Shown here one piece after another: positions 56,442 to 64,000 of a DNA stretch of 64,000 nucleotides. The position numbers and the translations under genes were made by a program. How positions within the stretch are numbered: the stretch's first letter is position 1; each line of letters opens with the position of its first letter. The notes under the pieces were generated by a model. That model worked only from the letters and a program-made list of their open reading frames with translations, searched no databases and was not told where the DNA came from. Source of the stretch: an uncultured Planctomycetia bacterium (GTDB lineage Bacteria; Omnitrophota; Gorgyraeia; 2-02-FULL-51-18); the NCBI GenBank assembly GCA_964642015.1, contig CAZXLF010000004.1:115001-179000 (forward strand). Reading direction: 5' to 3'.

Positions 56442-58220
56442 ATGCGCCATACTAAAAAAAATAAAAAAACCTCTTTCTGGCAATCGCTTATTGACGCGTT
56501 GGGTTCTGTCTACTTCGCAGTATTCTTGATCGCAGCGCTCGCCGCGATTCTGATCTCATCGACATTCTTGGAATCCAAATACGGTACTCCATTCGCGCAG
56601 AAGTTCTTTTATCAGGCAGATTGGTTCGACATCATTCTGTCCTTGATCTGGATAAACATGTTCCTAGCGGTCGTCAAACGTTTTCCATTAAAAAAGTATC
56701 ACACGGGATTCGTCGTAACGCACATCGGTATATTGCTCCTTTTAATTGGAGCTCTTTTATCCAGAATGATCGGCATGAACGGTCAGATGGTCTTGCGTGA
56801 AGGTCAAAAACTGGATTATGTGACGCTGGAGACCTATCAGCTGGCAGCGCATACTTCAAATGGCAAGGCCGCAGCATTTAGTTTGAAGCCTAAAATAAAC
56901 GGGACTTTTTCACGTGATCTTGGAAATGGGTTCAAATTAACGGTCGATCGGATCATTGAATCGGCCAAAATATCGAGTGAAGTCGAAGATGACCAAAATT
57001 CCTCATCCAACGCTGCGATTCATTTTTTTCTTCGGAGCGAACGCGCAGGGTTCGAAAATTCCTTCTGGCTTGTCGAGCATGGTGAAGATCCGGGACCAAC
57101 AATGGATCTGGGTATGGCCAATTTCGAACTAAAAAGAGGTACGGCCTCCTACCACAAATCATCCGCTGCAGCTGACATCGCCGGACCAATGATCAAAATC
57201 ACTATGGGAGAGCTGTCTCAAACGCAAACCGTAGAAGTGACACCGGCCATCGGCAAAGAAATCCCGCTTGGCGATGGCAAGTTTAAAATGATCGATTTGA
57301 TCTACTATCCGGATGCGCGTGTCGGCGACGGCAACAAACTTGTGAACGTTTCCGATGTTCCCAATAATCCCGCCGTGGAATTCGACATTGCGAATTCAAA
57401 AGGCATCATACGGCATTTCACAAAATTCGCTTTATTTCCCGATTTTGAATCCATGCACGGCAAAAAAGAGGACGAAGGGCTCAATATCGAAGCCGAATTA
57501 CTTGCTGGATCAGAAACAAAAACTCCGGAAATGCATGGAGCTGCCAGTCTCACCTTTTATGCACCGATCAATCCTGCAGACCCATGGACCTATGAATCGC
57601 ACACGCGCCATGGGGATGGCGCGCATGGAGTCATTGAGCAAGGGAAAAATTATCCGGCCGGATGGATGGATTTTTCTATCAGCATCGATAAATTATTGCG
57701 CAGAGCAGTGATTACGCAGAAAGTCGAACCTTTGCCGTTCGGAGCCAAAGGTGAATTTGTGGTACAAACGTCCCTTTCCAAGAACGGAAAAGATCTGGGA
57801 ACTCAGTGGCTGGCCGAAGGAGGCACTGCTTTTTTTGACTCACCGGATGGGCCGGTCCTTGTAGCATTGGGGCGTAAATCCGAAAAGGTGCCCTTTATGC
57901 TTGGTCTTAAAGACTTCCGCAAAGTGGACTATCCGGGGACGGCACAGCCTTCTTCATTTGAAAGCGATGTCAAACTGGAGGACGCCGATGCGGGTATCAC
58001 GATCGACAAAACGATTAAAATGAACAAACCGCTCGATTACAAAGGCTACCGGATCTTCCAGTCCTCTTATGCTCAAGATGAGGAAGGAGAAACATCTATC
58101 TTCACGGTGGCAAAAAATCCTGGTATTATCTTCATTTATTCCGGAGCGGTGATCATGTTCGCCGGCGTGATCATGCTTTTTTATTTGAAACCATTCTCTT
58201 CTTTCCACGAAAGGAAATAG
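56442..58220 (+). CDS. ccsB: system II cytochrome c biogenesis protein CcsB/ResB
   Basis: 592 aa. N-terminal ResB pattern (FWQSLIDALGSVYFAVFLIAALAAILISSTFLESKYG). Large periplasmic domain. C-terminal TM helix. Confidence 0.8.
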   Translation: MRHTKKNKKTSFWQSLIDALGSVYFAVFLIAALAAILISSTFLESKYGTPFAQKFFYQADWFDIILSLIWINMFLAVVKRFPLKKYHTGFVVTHIGILLLLIGALLSRMIGMNGQMVLREGQKLDYVTLETYQLAAHTSNGKAAAFSLKPKINGTFSRDLGNGFKLTVDRIIESAKISSEVEDDQNSSSNAAIHFFLRSERAGFENSFWLVEHGEDPGPTMDLGMANFELKRGTASYHKSSAAADIAGPMIKITMGELSQTQTVEVTPAIGKEIPLGDGKFKMIDLIYYPDARVGDGNKLVNVSDVPNNPAVEFDIANSKGIIRHFTKFALFPDFESMHGKKEDEGLNIEAELLAGSETKTPEMHGAASLTFYAPINPADPWTYESHTRHGDGAHGVIEQGKNYPAGWMDFSISIDKLLRRAVITQKVEPLPFGAKGEFVVQTSLSKNGKDLGTQWLAEGGTAFFDSPDGPVLVALGRKSEKVPFMLGLKDFRKVDYPGTAQPSSFESDVKLEDADAGITIDKTIKMNKPLDYKGYRIFQSSYAQDEEGETSIFTVAKNPGIIFIYSGAVIMFAGVIMLFYLKPFSSFHERK

Positions 58221-58221
58221 T

Positions 58222-59820
58222 ATGGCGCCTCACAAGAACGAATTAGTAAGAAGCATTCTCTTTGGTGCCGTATTATTCTCGCTGATCCTATTCGGCTCTA
58301 AACCCTCTCTTAAAGACCCGTCACTCGGCATCGCAATCCAGCACAACGGGCAAGTAAAATCTTTTGACGCCTTTTGTCGAGAGACAGTTCAAACTATCAC
58401 AGGGAAACAAAAATGGGATCATCGTTCTCCGGAATCCGCGGTTTTTCGGGTCCTGCGGGATAACAATGCGGCCGGTGATCTTAAATGGATCCGCATTGAT
58501 CTGCCTGAACTCATTTCTAAAATTGGTCTTGTACAAGGTCAGGTCTTTTATTCCTACAACCAGGTCATCCCATCTATCGGCGAGGTACAATGGCTCGTTC
58601 AAGAGGCGCGAAATAAACGCGACAAAGACTTGAGGCCTACGAAATTGGAGCAAGCGGCGGAAACTCTTTATGGAAAACTTTCAATAGCAAAAGACCTGAT
58701 GAGCGGCGATTCTATCAACGTCATCCCTCCGAAAGAAGGCAAGGTCTGGTCTTCTCCGTATGCCAGCGAAGGTTCGCGAAGCGACGAATTCAGAAAACTC
58801 GTGTCATTGTCAGCTCCGGGAAAAGAAAATGACTTTCGAGAAGGCTGCAAAAAATGGATCGAACAGACGAACCATGATACGGCGTCGGCATTCCGAGCTA
58901 AGATCAAGCGGGAACTCATTTATTTTAGCCTTCGCCCTTTTCAATGGGCATGGATCCTTTATTTAGTATCCTTCATCTTCCTTTCTTTTTTTAAAAAAAA
59001 GAACTTTGGCATTTTAATCGGTTTAGCCAGTGTTTTTTGCGCGTTCGCTCTCCATACTGACGGACTCATTCTAAGGGTACTCATTCTCGGACGACCGCCT
59101 GTTTCAAATATGTACGAATCCATGATCTACATGAGCTGGGTCGTTATGGCCGTCGCGGTCATCTTTTCTTTGACCAACAAAAATCTCGTTTTCATATCGT
59201 CTGCTTCGATGATCAGCGCTCTAGTCGTCATCTATGGAAATCTTTTGCCGTTGGATCCCAGTCTGGAAGTATTAGTGCCTGTTTTACGCAGCAATTATTG
59301 GCTTACGATCCATGTTCTGACGATCGTTTCAAGTTACGGCGTGTTCGGAGTCGCAATGGCGCTAGGCCATCGGCATCTGATCCTCTCCATGTTAGGCAAA
59401 CTGCCCAAATCTGCGGAACAAACTTCCGCTCAGCTTATTTACCGCGTGATCCAACTGGGCGTACTTTTGATCGGCATCGGCACCACGCTCGGAGGCGTCT
59501 GGGCCAATGAATCCTGGGGAAGATTCTGGGGCTGGGATCCCAAGGAAACCTGGGCTCTGATCACGCTCTTAGGTTACTTAGTGGTGATTCATCTAAAATA
59601 TTCTAAACTGATTTCAAATTTCTGGCTTGCGATGAGCGCAGTGCTCGGATTCTTACTGGTGCTTATGACATGGTACGGCGTGAATTTTGTGCTCGGACGA
59701 GGACTTCACAGCTACGGATTCGGCTCAGGCGGGATCGTTTGGATATTTTATTATCTCGGTTTTGAATTTATCTTCGTCACAGCTGTATTTTACAGAAATT
59801 TTTCGCATAAAAATGCTTAA
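58222..59820 (+). CDS. ccsA: system II cytochrome c biogenesis protein CcsA/ResC with a long N-terminal periplasmic extension
   Basis: Trp-rich haem-handling motif WGRFWGWDPKETWA with conserved His residues. 532 aa. The first ~230 aa form an extra domain. Confidence 0.85.
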   Translation: MAPHKNELVRSILFGAVLFSLILFGSKPSLKDPSLGIAIQHNGQVKSFDAFCRETVQTITGKQKWDHRSPESAVFRVLRDNNAAGDLKWIRIDLPELISKIGLVQGQVFYSYNQVIPSIGEVQWLVQEARNKRDKDLRPTKLEQAAETLYGKLSIAKDLMSGDSINVIPPKEGKVWSSPYASEGSRSDEFRKLVSLSAPGKENDFREGCKKWIEQTNHDTASAFRAKIKRELIYFSLRPFQWAWILYLVSFIFLSFFKKKNFGILIGLASVFCAFALHTDGLILRVLILGRPPVSNMYESMIYMSWVVMAVAVIFSLTNKNLVFISSASMISALVVIYGNLLPLDPSLEVLVPVLRSNYWLTIHVLTIVSSYGVFGVAMALGHRHLILSMLGKLPKSAEQTSAQLIYRVIQLGVLLIGIGTTLGGVWANESWGRFWGWDPKETWALITLLGYLVVIHLKYSKLISNFWLAMSAVLGFLLVLMTWYGVNFVLGRGLHSYGFGSGGIVWIFYYLGFEFIFVTAVFYRNFSHKNA

Positions 59821-60041
59821 TCCGTCTGGCGGTTCAGAATATCGATAAGTTCCTGCACAAGAACAGCGTGGCGTTTCTCGTCCGACACCAACTTTTCCAA
59901 TTGATGCTGAACTTCATGATTTTCATGATTTTTCTTGCATTCCTCCAACAAAGCCGTGTATGAGTCGACGCTCTTTACTTCGAGATCGAGCATTTTTTTG
60001 AACCGGATAGCCCAGAGTTCTTTGTAAAATTTCCTTTCCAT
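59817..60041 (-). CDS. hypothetical small helical protein with ExxH motif (downstream member of a coupled pair)
   Basis: 74 aa. …LEKLVSDEKRHAVLVQELI…. 1-nt stop/start overlap with the upstream 74-aa ORF. Confidence 0.4.
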   Translation of the reverse strand: MERKFYKELWAIRFKKMLDLEVKSVDSYTALLEECKKNHENHEVQHQLEKLVSDEKRHAVLVQELIDILNRQTD

Positions 60042-60265
60042 CAGCGTGAGCCCAATTCAACTATAAGTTTAAGAAGTTCTGTATGCTGTTTAGTATCGTT
60101 TATCAAGATCTTAAAGATCTCTTTCACCCGGTCCCGATCGACCTCATTAAAATAGCCAATATCTTCGCTGCTGATCATATAAAGCGTCATGGTATAGATG
60201 TCTATTTCTTCATCCTGCAGAGACATCGCGATCTTTTTCATGAATTCGGTGGAAAGAATTTTCAT
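60041..60265 (-). CDS. hypothetical small helical protein (upstream member of a coupled pair)
   Basis: 74 aa. Same length and predicted helical character as its partner. No family recognised. Confidence 0.4.
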   Translation of the reverse strand: MKILSTEFMKKIAMSLQDEEIDIYTMTLYMISSEDIGYFNEVDRDRVKEIFKILINDTKQHTELLKLIVELGSR

Positions 60266-60399
60266 CGGTCTCTCACGCGCTTAAAAACTAAACGTTTAAA
60301 TATCAGTCTTTACTGATTCAATTATTGACAAGATGCCAGAGTTAGTCAATTTAAATATGCCTGCGATGAAAAATGAAAACGGCGGATCCGAACTTTGTA

Positions 60400-61122
60400 T
60401 CAGGATTTATGCTTAGGATGGATATTTTTGTCCATCCAACACTGAAATAGGACACCATAGGTTTCGATCGCCTGTCCCCAAGTGATCTTTTTACCCTCTT
60501 CCCGACTGCGGGCTTTATATTCTATCGGGATCTCCGTGATCTTAAAACCCGCGTTAAGCGCCTTGGCTGTGAATTCTGTATCAAAACAGAAGCGCTCGGA
60601 CTTCAAAGAAATCTTATCCAAGACACTCCGTCTGAATACCTTGAAGCAGGTGTGAAAATCCGTGATATTCGTTCCGTAAAGCAGATTGATAGTTCTGACA
60701 GACAGCCGATTTGCTAATGAATTGATCAATTTCATATCTTTAGCCGTCCCTAAAAAACGCGAGCCAAAAACTATTTCTGATCTATTTTGGAGGATCGGTT
60801 CGAGCAGCTTGACATAGTGTTTCGGATGATATTCCAGGTCCGCATCCTGAACTAAAAAAATGTCGCCTCTTGCATGCTCTATAGCGGTTCGAACAGCACC
60901 CGACTTTCCCTGGTTCTTGGGATGAAAAACGGCTTTGACGCGAGGGTCGGAGATGCCTTTCAAAATATCACGGCTACCGTCAGCGGAAGCGTCATCCACC
61001 ACAACAAGTTCCCGTTCGCACGAGGAAGGCAATTGAGCATTCAGCGCTTCTTTGACAATAGTCGCAAGAGTTCTCTCTTCATTATAAACGGGTATCAAAA
61101 TAGATACGGTCAATAGGCTCAT
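60400..61122 (-). CDS. GT2 polyprenyl-phosphate glycosyltransferase (DPM1/GtrB/ArnC-like)
   Basis: SILIPVYNEERTLATIV…VVVDDASADGS…LVQDADLEYHP. 240 aa, soluble. Confidence 0.8.
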   Translation of the reverse strand: MSLLTVSILIPVYNEERTLATIVKEALNAQLPSSCERELVVVDDASADGSRDILKGISDPRVKAVFHPKNQGKSGAVRTAIEHARGDIFLVQDADLEYHPKHYVKLLEPILQNRSEIVFGSRFLGTAKDMKLINSLANRLSVRTINLLYGTNITDFHTCFKVFRRSVLDKISLKSERFCFDTEFTAKALNAGFKITEIPIEYKARSREEGKKITWGQAIETYGVLFQCWMDKNIHPKHKS

Positions 61123-61131
61123 GGTTTCTCT

Positions 61132-63000
61132 TTACGTCGATACGTTCTTATCTTTTGAAAGGATTTTTTTAATCTGCGATTTTAACAAATGAATGCGCCC
61201 TTTATCCGGTTCAATTTTCGCGGCTTCCTTCTCTTCCGATTGAGCAGCTTTCTCATACCCAAGCTCTCTCAATAAAAGCGCGCGTTCATTATACATGATC
61301 CTCGCGTCAATGAACTTTTTGAACGCTTCCGGCATAGGTTCCGTTCTCCACCGGAAAAGATCTAAAGCGCACTTTTTGATCACACCTTGGTACTGGGGTA
61401 TATTTTTCAAAAAAATAACGCCGTCATAATCCAAATAAACAAGTTTCCACTCCGGGCTTTGATAAAGATTGAGAAGGAATTGATGTGGCGGTACCGGTTC
61501 TGCCGCAGGGCTTATGAAAACGCCAGTGATATTATATTTTTTCACCTGGGCTTGAAATACCTCCCAATCTCCCTCATTCATGATCTTCAGGTAGTCATCG
61601 TATATCTGCTTGCTGAAGATTTCCACGCGTCCATCGAAAAATACGCGGATATTTGGAGCCGTTCGGTATATTAGATACATACCTTGGCTCAGAGGGTTAA
61701 AAAAATCGCCGTGAATGTCATTGGCTATCAAAAAGTCTGTTGCCTTCTTGGCAAAGGCCCGGTGCTCTGAAAAATGACCATATCCGCTTTTCACCTGCCT
61801 GGACGCAAAATCGGGATATTGCCAACGATGGATCTGAGAACGCAGGCATGATAGGGCCAAAATGATCATGGCTATCTGAATCATATGAATGATCCACGCT
61901 CCTATCACTCGACACCAGGACGGCCATGTCCATGAATAATGTCCGCGAATCTGCGAATAATTCAAAACAATGGCCAGATAAGCCGGCGGACCAAAAAAGA
62001 AAATGGTCCTAATCGTTCTCATACAAAAAAAGGCTATAATGAGACACAAAATGAGCAGTTTGAGATCCAACCGTCTGTAATTGATCAAAAAACTCACGGC
62101 TGAACATACCAGCAAGAATTTAAATGCAAACCAGTCTTTTAAATCAAAAAAACGTGACAAAATATGAGGGGAAGCGAGTTCGCTTACGTAAAGATACAAG
62201 TGTTTGGTGTTATTGCCCGCGTCCGATAAAACGCCCAAGGGATAAATGGCGCCTTTGATGAACTGCGGATTAAGAAAACACGCCAAGATCGAAAGCGGTA
62301 CGATCCATGTCAATCTCTTCAACTCATTATCATTCAATCTTTCCGATTGGCTCCATTCCCACGGCAGAGTCCACTTGCGCTTAAGAAATTCAACGGACCA
62401 AAATACAAGAACAGCGAGAGGGCCAGCGATAAAAAAACCGTGCACATTAACCCAAATAACCTGGATCAAAAAAAGAGCCGCTACGGACCATCGTTTATTC
62501 AAACCCTTGTACAGAAGGATGCAAGTGATCAAAAAAAACAATAAACTGACTACATCCGGACGGATATAATTCCTGTAAACATCGATCAATGCAGCGGCCA
62601 GCAGTAAACTTGATATAAGCCAGAGCGGGGCTTTCTTTATTCCTATAAAAAGCATGATCCCAGTTATCGATAAAATGATCAGAGATTGAACGCAGATAAT
62701 GCTTTTTTCTCCAAAAGCAGAATAAAGCTTATATAAAAAAACTTGCCAAAGCCATTCGTGGACTTTCCAAGTTTGACCCGCCGCCGTGAAACTATAAACG
62801 TCCGCTGTGGGAATACCATGCTGGAGGATATAAGCGCCGTTCTTGATATGATAAACGGTATCTTCGCTTATTATATTTTGCTGGGAACGTAAAAAGGCCA
62901 TTGCCACAAATAGCACGATAAAAATCACGTCCAATAAGCGTAAAAAACCGAATGCAGTTCGTTTGTTTTGTATCATAACGGTTATAATTCTTAATCGCAT
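61132..63000 (-). CDS. large polytopic membrane protein with C-terminal soluble domain; possible GT-C-type glycosyltransferase partner of the GT2 enzyme
   Basis: 622 aa. ~11 TM helices in the first ~390 aa, then a ~230-aa soluble domain. Immediately upstream of, and co-directional with, the GtrB-like gene. Confidence 0.4.
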   Translation of the reverse strand: MRLRIITVMIQNKRTAFGFLRLLDVIFIVLFVAMAFLRSQQNIISEDTVYHIKNGAYILQHGIPTADVYSFTAAGQTWKVHEWLWQVFLYKLYSAFGEKSIICVQSLIILSITGIMLFIGIKKAPLWLISSLLLAAALIDVYRNYIRPDVVSLLFFLITCILLYKGLNKRWSVAALFLIQVIWVNVHGFFIAGPLAVLVFWSVEFLKRKWTLPWEWSQSERLNDNELKRLTWIVPLSILACFLNPQFIKGAIYPLGVLSDAGNNTKHLYLYVSELASPHILSRFFDLKDWFAFKFLLVCSAVSFLINYRRLDLKLLILCLIIAFFCMRTIRTIFFFGPPAYLAIVLNYSQIRGHYSWTWPSWCRVIGAWIIHMIQIAMIILALSCLRSQIHRWQYPDFASRQVKSGYGHFSEHRAFAKKATDFLIANDIHGDFFNPLSQGMYLIYRTAPNIRVFFDGRVEIFSKQIYDDYLKIMNEGDWEVFQAQVKKYNITGVFISPAAEPVPPHQFLLNLYQSPEWKLVYLDYDGVIFLKNIPQYQGVIKKCALDLFRWRTEPMPEAFKKFIDARIMYNERALLLRELGYEKAAQSEEKEAAKIEPDKGRIHLLKSQIKKILSKDKNVST

Positions 63001-63139
63001 TGATCCGCTTTAGGCGGAGTAACCTCTTTTACTTGAAGACTTCGTACAGGCCCGCGTCGAAGGTAGGTAAAAGTGAGCGCTATTCTATCACACGGCATGG
63101 CTGAAGCGCTAATCAAGCCGGTCCGATTCGAATTTAGTA

Positions 63140-64000
63140 TCAGATCCGCTTTTCGGCCGGAACGCCGCTGGTTTTTACTTCAGAATTCCATTTCCATATC
63201 TTGTATATCGGCGGGTAAACCAACAATTCCATCATGAAACTCGTGAGGAGTCCTCCGATCATTGGAGCCGCGATGCGTTTCATCATGTCCGCGCCGGCCC
63301 CCATCGACCACATGATAGGCAAAAGCCCTATCATCGCAGCAAAAACCGTCATCATTTTAGGCCGAATGCGTCTGACCGCACCATGAATGATAGCTTCATC
63401 CAGATCATTGATATTTTTCATTTTCCCTTCTTTAACCGCATCTTTGTAGGCCAGGTCCAGGTAAAGCAACATGAAAACACCGGTCTCTGCATCCAATCCC
63501 ATCAAAGCGATCATACCGACCCATGTTGCGGTAGAGACATTGTAGCCAAGCAAATACAAAAACCAGACAGCGCCGATCAGAGAAAAAGGCACAGCAAGAA
63601 GAACGATGCCTGTTTTGATCCACGATTTCGTGTTCATATAGAGCAGCAACATGATCAAAAGGATCGTCGCGGGTATCAGCGTCGCAAGTCTCTTGTTAGC
63701 ACGGAGCATGTTCTCGTATTGTCCACTCCATGCGATCGAGTAGCCCTGCGTGACATGGACTTTTTCGGCGACTATCCGTTTGGCTTCCGTCACAAAACCT
63801 CCGATGTCGCGGCCTACAACATCAATGTAGACATATCCGGTGAGGCGGCCATTTTCATCGCGGATCATCGAAGGACCGTGAACGATTTTTATGTCGGCGA
63901 TCTGGGAAACAGGAACGTTCTCACCTCCGGGTGCACGCAAAAGGATCTGCTTCAATGCTTCTGGGTCATCACGGTATTCGCGTCCGTAACGCACCTGGAT
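63140..64000 (-). CDS. RND-family efflux transporter, C-terminal part (CusA/CzcA-like), partial at the window edge
   Basis: The last ~285 aa of an RND pump: …VPFSLIGAVWFLYLLGYNVSTATWVGMIALMGLDAETGVFML… with C-terminal TM10-12. The gene continues beyond position 64000. Confidence 0.8.
   Translation of the reverse strand: MQVRYGREYRDDPEALKQILLRAPGGENVPVSQIADIKIVHGPSMIRDENGRLTGYVYIDVVGRDIGGFVTEAKRIVAEKVHVTQGYSIAWSGQYENMLRANKRLATLIPATILLIMLLLYMNTKSWIKTGIVLLAVPFSLIGAVWFLYLLGYNVSTATWVGMIALMGLDAETGVFMLLYLDLAYKDAVKEGKMKNINDLDEAIIHGAVRRIRPKMMTVFAAMIGLLPIMWSMGAGADMMKRIAAPMIGGLLTSFMMELLVYPPIYKIWKWNSEVKTSGVPAEKRI

Noticed and set aside
1-64000. CRISPR arrays, tRNA/rRNA genes, transposases, integrases or prophage blocks
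   Set aside because: I saw no regularly spaced direct repeats. No intergenic region is long enough or structured like tRNA or rRNA. No ORF resembles a transposase, integrase or phage protein. The window looks like a stable core or accessory chromosome rather than a mobile island.

Overview
This is a gene-dense 64 kb chromosomal segment of about 75 protein-coding genes. I found no rRNA, tRNA, CRISPR array or transposase/integrase. The gene content points to a diderm (Gram-negative-type) bacterium with an anaerobic or microaerophilic lifestyle: rubrerythrin, Dps, hemerythrin-like protein, nitroreductase, multiheme c-type cytochromes, a proton-pumping pyrophosphatase and a standalone nuoJKLMN membrane-arm operon.

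Gene order along the window:
- a partial CNNM/DUF21 transporter gene, then nuoJKLMN (+ strand)
- mgtE and an MscS-family channel
- an isoaspartyl peptidase/asparaginase and a secreted serine protease
- hppA (H+-PPase)
- a long minus-strand string: SCO1, a TPR protein, an ABC exporter, YceI and a Crp/Fnr regulator, followed by a stress cluster (winged-helix protein, secreted rubrerythrin, DUF488, YbaK-like, a Cys-rich repeat protein, Dps, Hsp20)
- a TolC-HlyD-ABC efflux system with a MarR regulator
- a hybrid histidine kinase flanked by two receiver proteins, then mgtA
- nitroreductase, an HtrA-like protease, and a TetR regulator with a small Cys-rich protein
- an island of small secreted proteins around an OmpR-type two-component system
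- cstA
- a class-A beta-lactamase-like hydrolase, a GT2 glycosyltransferase and two tandem sterol-desaturase-family paralogs
- a c-di-GMP module (HD-GYP response regulator and GGDEF protein) with a radical SAM protein, a hemerythrin-like protein and a SulP permease
- a four-gene porin-cytochrome cluster, diverging from ccsBA
- a GT2 gene with a large polytopic membrane partner
- a partial RND efflux pump gene at the right edge

The most striking feature is the four-gene cluster at 51.3-56.1 kb. It encodes an MtrA/MtoA-like periplasmic multiheme cytochrome, a 703-aa outer-membrane beta-barrel, a monoheme cytochrome c and an ImcH/CymA-like membrane-anchored 7-heme cytochrome. It diverges from the system II cytochrome c maturation genes ccsBA. 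This is a candidate extracellular electron transfer conduit.

Three CRP-type TGTGA-N6-TCAC(A/T) sites link that cluster to the stress genes and to the Crp/Fnr-family regulator in the window. One of them is a perfect 28-bp palindrome.
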